Positions 1 through 8,753 of a DNA stretch of 64,000 nucleotides are shown here, one piece after another (within the stretch, counting starts at the first letter, position 1; each line of letters begins with the position of its first letter). A model generated the notes under the pieces. It made no database searches and had not been told where the DNA came from. It saw nothing but the letters and a program-made list of their open reading frames with translations. The position numbers and the translations under genes are program-made. The stretch is from a virus (lineage: Duplodnaviria; Caudoviricetes), in the IMG/VR virus record IMGVR_UViG_3300044954_000337, positions 1,179 through 65,178 of that record. One strand, given 5' to 3'.

Positions 1-210
1 CGCTATTTGAATAATTGTGCCAAGGGTTCCTGACGGAATAAAATAAACATATTTGCTAGGCGAATAAACACTAACGTCAATAAAGTCAATCCAATTTTCT
101 ACGTGACATGGAATTGCCCAAGATTCACCTATGCAGTCTATCAACACGTCGCTGGTGTCATATTTAACTACTTTTACAAGTTTGGCTAGGTCCTTGTGAG
201 ATACTCTCAT
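1..210 (-). CDS. hypothetical protein (truncated by window edge)
   Basis: Open frame read manually from ATG at 210 (MRVSHKDLAKLVKVV...), ATGA overlap with the stop of the upstream ORF. Confidence 0.55.
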   Translation of the reverse strand, partial: MRVSHKDLAKLVKVVKYDTSDVLIDCIGESWAIPCHVENWIDFIDVSVYSPSKYVYFIPSGTLGTIIQIA

Positions 211-494
211 CGAAAACGCTTGTGGCTTGGAACTTTTTCTAATAGATGCCCAAGCTGATGTCCGACAAAAATGAGGTCACCCGCTTTGCTTCCTGTGACA
301 ATTTCCATTTGATAAAACCAGGAATTAGGTCCTACTTCTTTTAGGCCAAGACAGTGAAGCAAAATACCATCCTTAAGCTCAAGGGCGTCATCTCCTCTCC
401 TTGCGGGGATACAAGGGAGAAAATCAAAACCTTTGATTTTTGCACTTACAAGACAAACGTCACCGAGATCAAACTTGTGTAGTGGTTCAGACAT
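207..494 (-). CDS. hypothetical protein
   Basis: 95-aa ORF with extended -10 (TGcTATACT, 514-522) upstream; coupled to the next ORF. Confidence 0.65.
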   Translation of the reverse strand: MSEPLHKFDLGDVCLVSAKIKGFDFLPCIPARRGDDALELKDGILLHCLGLKEVGPNSWFYQMEIVTGSKAGDLIFVGHQLGHLLEKVPSHKRFR

Positions 495-548
495 GATGTG
501 CGGTATCTACTGTAGTATAGCACACCCCAAGGGCAAGTGTGTAGAATA

Positions 549-1130
549 TTAGACCCCCCCGGGGGTAGCTGGTGCTGGCGGTGGGGAAACGGCGCTCGGA
601 GAAATTGGAGCTTGTGCAGGACCGCCAGGCGTAGCAGGCGGAGGCGGAGCAGCATTTCCTGGGGGCTGGGCACTTATCTGTTCTGCCTCTGGCTCCACTC
701 CTGTACGAACGTTTACCATAATCCTAGAAATATCCTGAAGATATTGGTCAATAATTTGATTCTGTTCGGGGGTTATTTTTTTGAAGTAGGTAACAAGTTG
801 TCCGTAGACCTCTGGATCCGTAAAGGACTTACCCCCACGAATGACGTTTAGCCTTTCGATCATTGAATCAATGGTCATTTGTTGCGCCTGAGCTTGTGCA
901 GGAGCGTCCTGGCCTTGCTGGGGAGGCTGGGCCTGGTCGGCTGGTGGCGTAGGCGCAGGAGGAGGCACAGGGCTTCCTGTGGGTGCTGCGGGCTGTGCAG
1001 GAGGAGGTGCAGGGGCAGGCTGCTGCTCATACAGGGCGAGGGTAACTGCCTCCCTTATGAGGTTTTCAAGTCCAAAAATACGAACTTGGGAGTTATTTTT
1101 GTCAGAGTTTTCTTTTTTGGTGGCGGACAT
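549..1130 (-). CDS. Pro/Gln-rich putative virion (internal) protein with acidic leader motif
   Basis: LENLIREAVTLALYEQ near N-terminus, Pro-rich flanks, TAATTA 5 nt upstream of ATG. Confidence 0.7.
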   Translation of the reverse strand: MSATKKENSDKNNSQVRIFGLENLIREAVTLALYEQQPAPAPPPAQPAAPTGSPVPPPAPTPPADQAQPPQQGQDAPAQAQAQQMTIDSMIERLNVIRGGKSFTDPEVYGQLVTYFKKITPEQNQIIDQYLQDISRIMVNVRTGVEPEAEQISAQPPGNAAPPPPATPGGPAQAPISPSAVSPPPAPATPGGV

Positions 1131-1145
1131 AGCATTAATTATGCC

Positions 1146-1406
1146 CTAGGAAACAAGAATCACTTTTATAGTTTTTTGCCCTGTTTTCTTGTTTTCTTGT
1201 ACCGAATATATCTTTATTTTCCCGCTATACTCTTCCCCGTTTACGCTGAGAACATCCTTCTTTGGAGGAGAAACAGCGTCGGCATCGGGCGAGGGATATA
1301 TTTCTGACTTTGGTGGAAGCATTGAGGAAATATCAAGGCTAGTCTCATCAAAGTTCTCGTCCACGATTATCAACCCGTGTGGTGTCTGTATAATTTTACT
1401 TCCCAT
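1146..1406 (-). CDS. hypothetical protein
   Basis: 86-aa ORF filling the gap in a co-directional run. Confidence 0.65.
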   Translation of the reverse strand: MGSKIIQTPHGLIIVDENFDETSLDISSMLPPKSEIYPSPDADAVSPPKKDVLSVNGEEYSGKIKIYSVQENKKTGQKTIKVILVS

Positions 1407-1416
1407 GTTATATGTT

Positions 1417-2247
1417 TTAAATTATAGAACCGGCGTCTTTCATTACCTTGGTGGCAATTTTCCTGTAAATGCGCCTAGAGACCATCAACTGAGCAATGTT
1501 AAAAATGTTTATCTGCTTTTTGAGGTCAGCAGTAAATACGTCCTCAAGCTCTGACTGAGTAGCAGGATTTTCCTCGTCCCTAACCCAGGAAATAAGCTCG
1601 CTGATACTATCCAGTTCGATAGAGTCTGCGATGGCAAAATCTTTTTCTGTAAGGAATCCCGTTTTACACAGGTTCTTTAGAACATCCTGCGGGGTAGCAG
1701 AAACCTGAATGGCGTCCGCAAAAGCCTCGGCTGTGTCCAAAATGGCATTTTCGATTTTCTTGTCTACTTCCATGGCAAGTTTCTTGTTGTCAGAATAAAG
1801 GGCAGTAACCATGGCAGAAAGCTTTAGTGCAGCCCCGTCAGAAATTTTATTTACCATGGTGGTTGTTACGTCACCAATAGCCTTAGAAATTTCTGCAAGA
1901 GTTTTTTCTCCCCTGATGTACACAGGGGATTTTTCAGAAAACTCATCCAAGACCACAGATTTCAAACCTTCCCTGAGGGAGGGTAGGGTTTCCCAAATCT
2001 TTACAACGGAGTATGGCGTCTGAGGGAAATTATTCTTGGACTGAGAAATAAATTCTAGAACATTGTCCTTGGTAACCGATTTCTTAAAATAATTTAAGGA
2101 ATTGTGCTTTGTTGGGTCAAAGTAGACCCGCATAAGCCAATCCCTAAGTTCCGACTCATTTCGGATACCTTCAAATAGTGGGCTAAGTTCCTCGTTGCTG
2201 TTGTTACTGTTGTTACTGTTGTTGGTGTTGATAGTGGTTGTCATCAT
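1417..2247 (-). CDS. hypothetical protein, possible HTH (sigma region-4-like segment)
   Basis: KTLAEISKAIGDVTTTMVNKI resembles an HTH; start placed at ATG 2247 just downstream of a sigma70-like promoter (ORF track start 2274). Confidence 0.6.
   Translation of the reverse strand: MMTTTINTNNSNNSNNSNEELSPLFEGIRNESELRDWLMRVYFDPTKHNSLNYFKKSVTKDNVLEFISQSKNNFPQTPYSVVKIWETLPSLREGLKSVVLDEFSEKSPVYIRGEKTLAEISKAIGDVTTTMVNKISDGAALKLSAMVTALYSDNKKLAMEVDKKIENAILDTAEAFADAIQVSATPQDVLKNLCKTGFLTEKDFAIADSIELDSISELISWVRDEENPATQSELEDVFTADLKKQINIFNIAQLMVSRRIYRKIATKVMKDAGSII
2194..2230. repeat. imperfect 9-bp coding microsatellite (AACAACAGT)n encoding NNSNNSNNS
   Basis: gttgctgttgttactgttgttactgttgttggtgttg on the + strand. 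Confidence 0.7.
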
Positions 2248-2256
2248 CCAGGAAAG

Positions 2257-2284
2257 AATGTAGCATCGTGCCAAAGCGTGTCAA
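2257..2284 (-). promoter_or_regulatory. sigma70-like promoter
   Basis: TTGACA-16 nt-(TGc)TACATT, 9 nt before ATG 2247. Confidence 0.65.
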
Positions 2285-2304
2285 GTCTGACGTTGCCTTC
2301 GGTG

Positions 2305-2553
2305 TTATTTCTCGCCAGTGTCACTACTACCCGATTTAGCCTGGGTCCATCTCCGCCCAAAATATAAAGTTGCGATCGGAGCAAACCACAAGGAAGCACC
2401 TGAGGCGTCGAACTCTCTTATCTCCAGGTTCAAAATCTTGTTGAACATAGAAAGACTAAGCCAAAGCGTCAAGACAAAGAAAGTAATAAGAACCATGGTG
2501 TAGGACACACTTTTCTTTCCGTCACTGTCTTTTAGAAGATACCATTGAGCCAT
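2305..2553 (-). CDS. putative holin-like two-TM membrane protein
   Basis: Two hydrophobic segments and a basic YFGRRW tail; GAGGT SD before ATG 2553; adjacent to spanin-like genes. Confidence 0.5.
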   Translation of the reverse strand: MAQWYLLKDSDGKKSVSYTMVLITFFVLTLWLSLSMFNKILNLEIREFDASGASLWFAPIATLYFGRRWTQAKSGSSDTGEK

Positions 2554-2569
2554 ATTAACCTCTATTGGA

Positions 2570-3193
2570 TTAATTAGCCCCAACAAAACCAATTATAATG
2601 CCAATAGCTGCCCCAACAACAAGGGCACCACCCACAAACAAGGCTTGTTCCCACCATTCCCCGGAGTTATTTCTTAGATTTTCGTTCATTTCTGTAAGGG
2701 AAGCCACCCTTTCGTCTCTCGCACGAAGTTCTATGGCATGGACTTCAATCATGGTATTTATTCTAAGGGTGAGCCTGTCTGTTTCTGCCAGGAGTCTTGC
2801 CTCAAGCTCTCCTACTCTTCTATCCAAGAATAACTGACACCTCTCACGGGCAGCATCCGGCTCGGCCTCAAGCCAGGCAGCGGCGGATTCATTTAAAAGA
2901 ACCCCCGTAAATGGCGCAGGACTTCCAGTAGAAATGCCAACAATTCTCTCATCTCCAGAAGGGGGAGACATTATTACGGGAACTACATCTTCTGGATTTC
3001 TTTCTTCTTCCCCACCGGCTGTAGCTGTTTCCTCTGTATTATTTAATGGAGGAGAAGTTGAAACAGAAGATGATTCTGGAATTGTCTCGCTGGCCCCGGA
3101 AGTCTGCGTAACTGCACCGGAACAACCTGCCGACAAAATAGAATAAATAGAAAAAATTGCTAGATATTTTTTTGTCATCATGGTTCGCTCCAT
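2570..3193 (-). CDS. lipoprotein with coiled coil and C-terminal TM helix (spanin-like)
   Basis: Lipobox ILSAGC after a basic/hydrophobic N-terminus; coiled coil; C-terminal ALFVGGALVVGAAIGIIIGFV. Confidence 0.55.
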   Translation of the reverse strand: MERTMMTKKYLAIFSIYSILSAGCSGAVTQTSGASETIPESSSVSTSPPLNNTEETATAGGEEERNPEDVVPVIMSPPSGDERIVGISTGSPAPFTGVLLNESAAAWLEAEPDAARERCQLFLDRRVGELEARLLAETDRLTLRINTMIEVHAIELRARDERVASLTEMNENLRNNSGEWWEQALFVGGALVVGAAIGIIIGFVGAN

Positions 3194-3579
3194 CCAAGCC
3201 TTTCCCTAAGTCTATTGGCCATTTCATCAGGTCTTCCCGACGTTTCTCTAATGAATCTTTGTCTCCTGGTTGTTATTCTTGCTTCCAGGTCTGCAAGTCT
3301 TTCATTGTAGTCAGCCCTTAGGCGCTCAATTTCTTCGGTGTACCTGACATTTATTTGTTCTTGTTCCTGGCGTTCTGCCTCAAAGGAGGTTCTCATTTCT
3401 TCTAGACTGGCAGTGTGCCTTGCAAACTCTTCTTCATTTTCCCTCGCCATGTCATTTAATAAATTTTTGGCCATCTGTTGGGTGTAAAACAAAAACACAC
3501 CAAGACCAACAATAATAAACAACATCCAGTTGTCCTTTAGCCAGGACAACACCTTTACTATTACTTCATTTGTTTGCAT
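3178..3579 (-). CDS. N-terminal TM plus coiled-coil protein (i-spanin-like)
   Basis: WMLFIIVGLGVFLFY followed by a long E/R/Q coiled coil; start placed at 3579 next to the upstream stop. Confidence 0.55.
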   Translation of the reverse strand: MQTNEVIVKVLSWLKDNWMLFIIVGLGVFLFYTQQMAKNLLNDMARENEEEFARHTASLEEMRTSFEAERQEQEQINVRYTEEIERLRADYNERLADLEARITTRRQRFIRETSGRPDEMANRLRERLGWSEP

Positions 3580-3580
3580 G

Positions 3581-3985
3581 TCAGTTTGAGTTTTGTTTTC
3601 TCTTGCCTGGAATGTCTGGAAAGGAAAAAGGATTCTCGTCCTGTTGCTGTTTTGAAGCCTTGTCACCTGGCCCGCCGGTAGAAAAAGGCTGGTGCTGTTT
3701 TACAAACATAATTTTACCTTGGTCAAGCTGATTTAATAGTTCCTCCTGAAGGGTGGCTATTTGAACCAAGAATTCTTGCTGTTGCTTCTGAGCGAGAATA
3801 AGATTGTTGATATTAACAGCAAGAATATAGACTTTTTCTGACAGTTCTTTTAACTGTTGATTTTCAACTGCCTTTATTATTTCTTCTGCTTCTTCGGAGA
3901 TGGTAACGATAGGTTTTTCTACTTCTTTTGGTGATTCCTCTATTTTTGGGAAGAAAAGTTCGGTTAGTTTAGCAAAAAAATTCAT
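3581..3985 (-). CDS. hypothetical coiled-coil protein
   Basis: 134-aa ORF with GAGGT SD. Confidence 0.7.
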   Translation of the reverse strand: MNFFAKLTELFFPKIEESPKEVEKPIVTISEEAEEIIKAVENQQLKELSEKVYILAVNINNLILAQKQQQEFLVQIATLQEELLNQLDQGKIMFVKQHQPFSTGGPGDKASKQQQDENPFSFPDIPGKRKQNSN

Positions 3986-4000
3986 AAGGTTACCTCTTTC

Positions 4001-4294
4001 TTATTTTTCTTTCTCTTGTCTCTCAAAAAAGGAATAAAGATTATTTGGATTTATTTTCAATAAATCCTCTTTTCCTTCTTTGGAAACAATGAGACTTTCT
4101 TCATGGAACTTCACAGCCTTTGTCAACAAATCCTTAGCGGACTCGTCTTCCATAGTAAGCTTGTGCATCACAAAAGTAATATACTGCTGCAAAGTCATGT
4201 TGTTTGCAAACAAAACTTTTCTAGCGTCCAGCAACAAGTCGTCGTCAAAGGAGAATAAAACGTTTTTCTTCTTTCCCTCTGAATTTGTTGTCAT
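4001..4294 (-). CDS. hypothetical protein, possible ribbon-helix-helix regulator
   Basis: KKNVLFSFDDDLLLDARKV...MTLQQYIT strand-helix-helix pattern. Confidence 0.5.
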   Translation of the reverse strand: MTTNSEGKKKNVLFSFDDDLLLDARKVLFANNMTLQQYITFVMHKLTMEDESAKDLLTKAVKFHEESLIVSKEGKEDLLKINPNNLYSFFERQEKEK

Positions 4295-4300
4295 GGGATA

Positions 4301-5299
4301 TTATCCTGCAGCCCCGCCTCCAGCACCGTAGATAGCATTTGCTGCCGGTGGAGCCATTCTTTTGTCTCTTTCTGGTGGCTGAGGGTTTACTCCGAGACGT
4401 TCTGTCATTATTTCTTCAAACATCTTAGCAGTTGCCTCGTCATAGTTCACTCTGATATATTCCTTGGCTCTGTTGAAGATGGTGGTTTTTGGGTCAAGTA
4501 GGGCCTCATAATTTTCAATGAGTCTGGCAACTGCCCTACAGTAAGAATTTAGATTCATTTTAGGAGTGTCAATCACAGGTGGGGATTTTGGACCTGCGGC
4601 TCCCGCCATAGGATCGCCTCCTGCTGTTGGATCGGCCCCTAAGCCTCCTGCTGCTGTTGGATCTGTCGCAGTGGGATCGGCTGCTCCTGCTGCTGCCGTT
4701 GGGTCTTCTCCTGGCTCTTGTTCGAATAACAAGGATTCCAGAAGCCCCTTGTTGTTTATCTTTTTTGACTCATATGGAGGAAGTGGAGCAGCGGGTCCCC
4801 CTGAAGTTGTCCCGCCTGTAGCCATTCCAGGTCCCTGATTTGCTGCATTTATTTCTGCTTGTCCAGCCATCATATCCACGTCATACACAGACGAAGTAGG
4901 AATTGCCTCTCTCTCATATCTTACCAGATATTTATCTACCTTTTGATCGAGAGAAACATCTGGAATTTCTACAGGGTCCGTCTCAGACGGTTCAATGGCG
5001 CTCTCAGCTTCCTTGAAAAGAAGCGTCTCCAGAATTCCTTTTTGTTTAGTTGTTTTTGTCATTTTTGACTCACCTATTTCGCTTTTAACAAACTGACCAG
5101 ACTGTGCAAGGTGTTGTGCTGCCAAACCATCTACATTTGATTGTGCTTTTGGGGTTATTAAAAGAAATTTGTTTTGTGCCGTCTTGTAGAGCGCAAATAA
5201 GGTATTTGCCGGAATAACCACAGGAGGATTTCCAACTGGTATTTCTCCGTCGGCCCTGTAGTAGTTGACATTACCTAGTGCTGGAAGATTTATATTCAT
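4301..5299 (-). CDS. putative virion protein with two acidic leader-like motifs and DPTA repeats
   Basis: KGILETLLFKE and KGLLESLLFEQ; repeated DPTA motifs in a low-complexity linker. Confidence 0.7.
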   Translation of the reverse strand: MNINLPALGNVNYYRADGEIPVGNPPVVIPANTLFALYKTAQNKFLLITPKAQSNVDGLAAQHLAQSGQFVKSEIGESKMTKTTKQKGILETLLFKEAESAIEPSETDPVEIPDVSLDQKVDKYLVRYEREAIPTSSVYDVDMMAGQAEINAANQGPGMATGGTTSGGPAAPLPPYESKKINNKGLLESLLFEQEPGEDPTAAAGAADPTATDPTAAGGLGADPTAGGDPMAGAAGPKSPPVIDTPKMNLNSYCRAVARLIENYEALLDPKTTIFNRAKEYIRVNYDEATAKMFEEIMTERLGVNPQPPERDKRMAPPAANAIYGAGGGAAG

Positions 5300-6249
5300 G
5301 CGCCTCTTGGCTTTCCTTGGTCCCCAATTTGCGGAGCAGGTTGATTTCCAGTTACCTCAGAGGACTGAATCTGGTCTTTTTGTATTGGAGCCATATTGTC
5401 CGCATTTACAGCTTGTAGTATTCTGTCCGGTACAGAGTTGGTGATAGGCTGGATTTTAAACACAGCGTCCACGTTTGCTCTTTCGGCAATCATCATTCTT
5501 GCCTCAATGACGTTCCAGTTAAGCTCACGCATCATGGCGTTTACATAACTCTTTTTGTCATCTAGATAATCCCGGTAATAAGAGTGTGCCCACATGTCGA
5601 GGACAACTACCGGAATACCGCCAAGGGGAATTCCAACGTTGTGGCTGTCAACCACACAAGTCATGTAGCAATTTCTGTAAGGTTCGTAATAGGTTACTAC
5701 CCAACCTTCCCTGGCCGACATAGCACAAGCCCTAAAACAAAACTGCCATCTGTCAAACGTGCCAAAGTCCCTGGCAAGTCTCATAAACGGAATGGAGTCA
5801 ACGGCTATATGCGAGGAAGCATCAGAAATGTTGGTGAAATAAAGCTCGTGAAGCTTTACCGCATTCAAGTTGTACTGCTCATCTATTTTTAACGACCTAT
5901 ATGGAGAGTGGGCGCTACCGGCTTCCTCTGGATTTGCTGCATCCAAAAGGGAAGAACACTTGTTAAATGCATCCACATATTCCTTATAAAGCGACTCATG
6001 TGCCTGCTTTGCCTTGGAAGACAGAAATTCCGTCTTCATAAGGAAAGTTTTTGGCACCAAAACAATTGCCTCCTTGAGTAAAGTAGCTGTTTTTATTACA
6101 GTTTCCTTTATGGAGGAAGATGTTTTTTGAGGACTTACACCCTTTGCCGACACCTCAGGAAGGTTTTTAGATTTTATTCCTGCGGCATCAAAGGTGCTCT
6201 TTACAGAGGACAGAATGATATTTTGTAAGTCAACTACAGGTTTAGCCAT
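5296..6249 (-). CDS. Fe/Mn superoxide dismutase-like protein with N- and C-terminal extensions
   Basis: AHESLYKEYV, LHELYFTNI, RDFGTFD, GWVV, DMWAHSYYRDY (cf. DxWEHAYY), LNW. Confidence 0.8.
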   Translation of the reverse strand: MAKPVVDLQNIILSSVKSTFDAAGIKSKNLPEVSAKGVSPQKTSSSIKETVIKTATLLKEAIVLVPKTFLMKTEFLSSKAKQAHESLYKEYVDAFNKCSSLLDAANPEEAGSAHSPYRSLKIDEQYNLNAVKLHELYFTNISDASSHIAVDSIPFMRLARDFGTFDRWQFCFRACAMSAREGWVVTYYEPYRNCYMTCVVDSHNVGIPLGGIPVVVLDMWAHSYYRDYLDDKKSYVNAMMRELNWNVIEARMMIAERANVDAVFKIQPITNSVPDRILQAVNADNMAPIQKDQIQSSEVTGNQPAPQIGDQGKPRGA

Positions 6250-6317
6250 GAAATATTACCCTTAAATTATCCAAATTTGTGGAATTCTAAGGGTAATTAG
6301 TTGGCCTAGGATGTTCT

Positions 6318-7547
6318 TTATTTTGGCTCTCTAGAAATAATCTCGGTAAGCCAGTAGTCGTGTGAGGGGTCCAAATCCGCTCCCTCCGGGACCATCGTAC
6401 CGTATTCTACGTACCTGGCCATTTCCAAGGCCCTATTTCGTTCTTTTTCAAGAAGGGACTGGACAGCGTTCTCGGAGGCTTGCTTGTTTATGGCAAATCC
6501 CTTTAGCATGGCATTTTCTCTAAACGTCTCAAACAGATTGAGACCGCTAATTTCCCCTAGGTCAGAAACTATCTTTAGCCCGGTTCCAAATTTTACAATC
6601 CTTTCAAAGGAGGAATAGTATTTATTGGCTTCAATCTCTTTTTTTAGATCAAAGTTTTTGATGTTTCTCTCAGCAGACTTGGAGTCATCCCAATTGCTGA
6701 CCCTGATCCACAGGTGATCACAATATTTTTCGAGCTGAATTTCAAGCCGTTTTGGCCTGGGGGGCTCAACAGAAAGATCCATTTTCCATCTGTTTATGTA
6801 GCTTGTAACATACCAGGAGGAATGGGATTGGTTTTTACAGCTATTCCAGTGCTTCCAACGTGTGAAATCTGTGTCCTCTTCATCGAGGACTGCCCTGAGT
6901 CCTGATGCCTTCCCGGCATAGAGCCAGACGTTTCCATTCTTTTCCTGATAAAAGTGCCACGGAACGAGATGTTTTGTGTGGATATTTTTTTTCTCTTGCC
7001 TGTCCGTCACGACAATAAGAGCCTTGTGAAGGTCGGACCCTACCCGTACCAACTTCATCTCGCTGCCAATTTTTGCCCAAATATATTTCCCGTTTAGATA
7101 GCCGCCTGGGGAGACGCCAACTGTCCGCATAAGGTCAAGAAGAATATCCTCTCGAAGGTCAAAATACCTACCAGACTCATCTGCACACTTCCAAGCCATG
7201 CCGCCATTTCCTCGGAAGTCCATGCCATACACACGAAGATTGCTGATAGGGTCATTTGCTCGGGTTACTTCCGTAACGGGTTCGGTTGGGTCAATCCATT
7301 TTTTCTGCTGATAGTCATAATACCGTCCAGCAGACTTTGCCCACTGTCGGCCAGTAGCCAGTGTTTTTTCATTTGTGGAGTCGCTAACAAAGGTCGGGTA
7401 AACCTTTTCCTGTTTGACGACATATTCCTCGGCTGCCTCTTCCTCTTCCGACGGGACCAGGGCATCCTCCCAGGTTATTGTGACCGTCTTAGGAGAGGCA
7501 ACGATATAAGTAAGTTCCTTGGGAATGTTACCGGATTTAATTCTCAT
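6318..7547 (-). CDS. hypothetical protein
   Basis: 409-aa ORF, ATGA overlap with the upstream gene. Confidence 0.75.
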   Translation of the reverse strand: MRIKSGNIPKELTYIVASPKTVTITWEDALVPSEEEEAAEEYVVKQEKVYPTFVSDSTNEKTLATGRQWAKSAGRYYDYQQKKWIDPTEPVTEVTRANDPISNLRVYGMDFRGNGGMAWKCADESGRYFDLREDILLDLMRTVGVSPGGYLNGKYIWAKIGSEMKLVRVGSDLHKALIVVTDRQEKKNIHTKHLVPWHFYQEKNGNVWLYAGKASGLRAVLDEEDTDFTRWKHWNSCKNQSHSSWYVTSYINRWKMDLSVEPPRPKRLEIQLEKYCDHLWIRVSNWDDSKSAERNIKNFDLKKEIEANKYYSSFERIVKFGTGLKIVSDLGEISGLNLFETFRENAMLKGFAINKQASENAVQSLLEKERNRALEMARYVEYGTMVPEGADLDPSHDYWLTEIISREPK

Positions 7548-8104
7548 TGTTGTGGGATTTCTTGTATTTGCCCCATCAGGTCGATGGGTGTTGTGTACCT
7601 CCCTACAGTACCAGACTCCTCATCAGTTTGCAAGCTCTTTGCTATCAGGTCGTTCGACACGACAGGCTTCCCTCCGGCAGCCCTATTCACAGCCACGGTA
7701 ATGTGCGGGTGTTTGTTTTTAACAAACGGACGAATTTCCGGGGGAACAATTGCTTCTATGGCAGCAACCTTGTCATTGACATAAAAACCTGATGCCTTTA
7801 GGGTGACAGGCAATCCAATGCTAGGTTTTAGCTCGGGAGGAAGTTCTCCCATTTTTATTGTTACGTGATGGGCGACAACATCCCAGCCTTCTGGAATTCT
7901 GTCCGCAAGCTTGGATAGTAACTTATTTCTGGATTCATCGGTAAGAACAATGGCAGAATAGGAAATTTTATTTTCTGAAAGCATATAGGATTCTCCTCTT
8001 TTTTTGATTTTTAACTCAAACAGTCCGCCAAGTCTTTCGTCTGGTATTCCACAGTCGCAATTCTTGCACCGTTTGGCGTGTTTTTGTTTTATGTTGGTAG
8101 TCAT
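7544..8104 (-). CDS. 2H phosphoesterase (cyclic phosphodiesterase-like)
   Basis: Two HxT motifs, HHVTI and PHITV, then GGKPVVSNDL as in tRNA-ligase CPDase domains; alternative start at 7984 with GAGGAG SD. Confidence 0.75.
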   Translation of the reverse strand: MTTNIKQKHAKRCKNCDCGIPDERLGGLFELKIKKRGESYMLSENKISYSAIVLTDESRNKLLSKLADRIPEGWDVVAHHVTIKMGELPPELKPSIGLPVTLKASGFYVNDKVAAIEAIVPPEIRPFVKNKHPHITVAVNRAAGGKPVVSNDLIAKSLQTDEESGTVGRYTTPIDLMGQIQEIPQQ

Positions 8105-8437
8105 TTACGAAAGGTGTGGTTCTTTTTTCTTAGGTTCTGGTTTATTTTTTGGGTTAATAAATGCAAGGACTTGCGTACCGTAGGCAATATAGTCACACCC
8201 GTAAGTTATTTTTCGAATGTTGTTTTCTACAAAGTAGATTGCTTCATTTTCTGAGGGGAGTTCGTCTACTAAAAGCGTATTCGTATACTCACATTCTACA
8301 TAGACAGAATATTTTTTTTCATTTCCGGTATGATGTCTCCGTTCCCAAATTGAAATAGTAACTCCTTCTTTTGGATGCAAGCTTTTTACTCTAGTGTGAT
8401 ACCACTCATCTCCCGGTTGCCAGTCATTTGTTACCAT
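8105..8437 (-). CDS. hypothetical protein
   Basis: 110-aa ORF in an operon-like run. Confidence 0.65.
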   Translation of the reverse strand: MVTNDWQPGDEWYHTRVKSLHPKEGVTISIWERRHHTGNEKKYSVYVECEYTNTLLVDELPSENEAIYFVENNIRKITYGCDYIAYGTQVLAFINPKNKPEPKKKEPHLS

Positions 8438-8750
8438 CTTTACTTTCCCCCGTCAAATAAGACGTTATTTTGTTAATTATCTTTTTAACAGGGACATATA
8501 GTAAAAAAACATGCAAAAGAGCAGCGCCAAGAACAAAATTGACTGGAGTTATGCTCGGAAACCACAAGTATACAAAAACCATAAGAATGTATGTCGCCAT
8601 CATACAAACAGACGGATCAAGATAACCTTTTGAAGTCAAGAAAAATCCAATATTTTTGGAATTAAAGGTCTCAAAAAGTCTAGACCCAAGACTTCTTCCT
8701 CTGTCGATAAATTCCTGTTTTTGCTGCTCTTTATCCTCGGCCGTAGACAT
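8424..8750 (-). CDS. membrane protein (2 TM)
   Basis: Two hydrophobic stretches in the C-terminal half. Confidence 0.65.
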   Translation of the reverse strand: MSTAEDKEQQKQEFIDRGRSLGSRLFETFNSKNIGFFLTSKGYLDPSVCMMATYILMVFVYLWFPSITPVNFVLGAALLHVFLLYVPVKKIINKITSYLTGESKDGNK

Positions 8751-8753
8751 TTT

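Noticed and set aside
4590-4710. Repeated ggatc/gctgctg units as a DNA repeat element
   Set aside because: They encode DPTA/AAG peptide repeats inside ORF 4301-5299.
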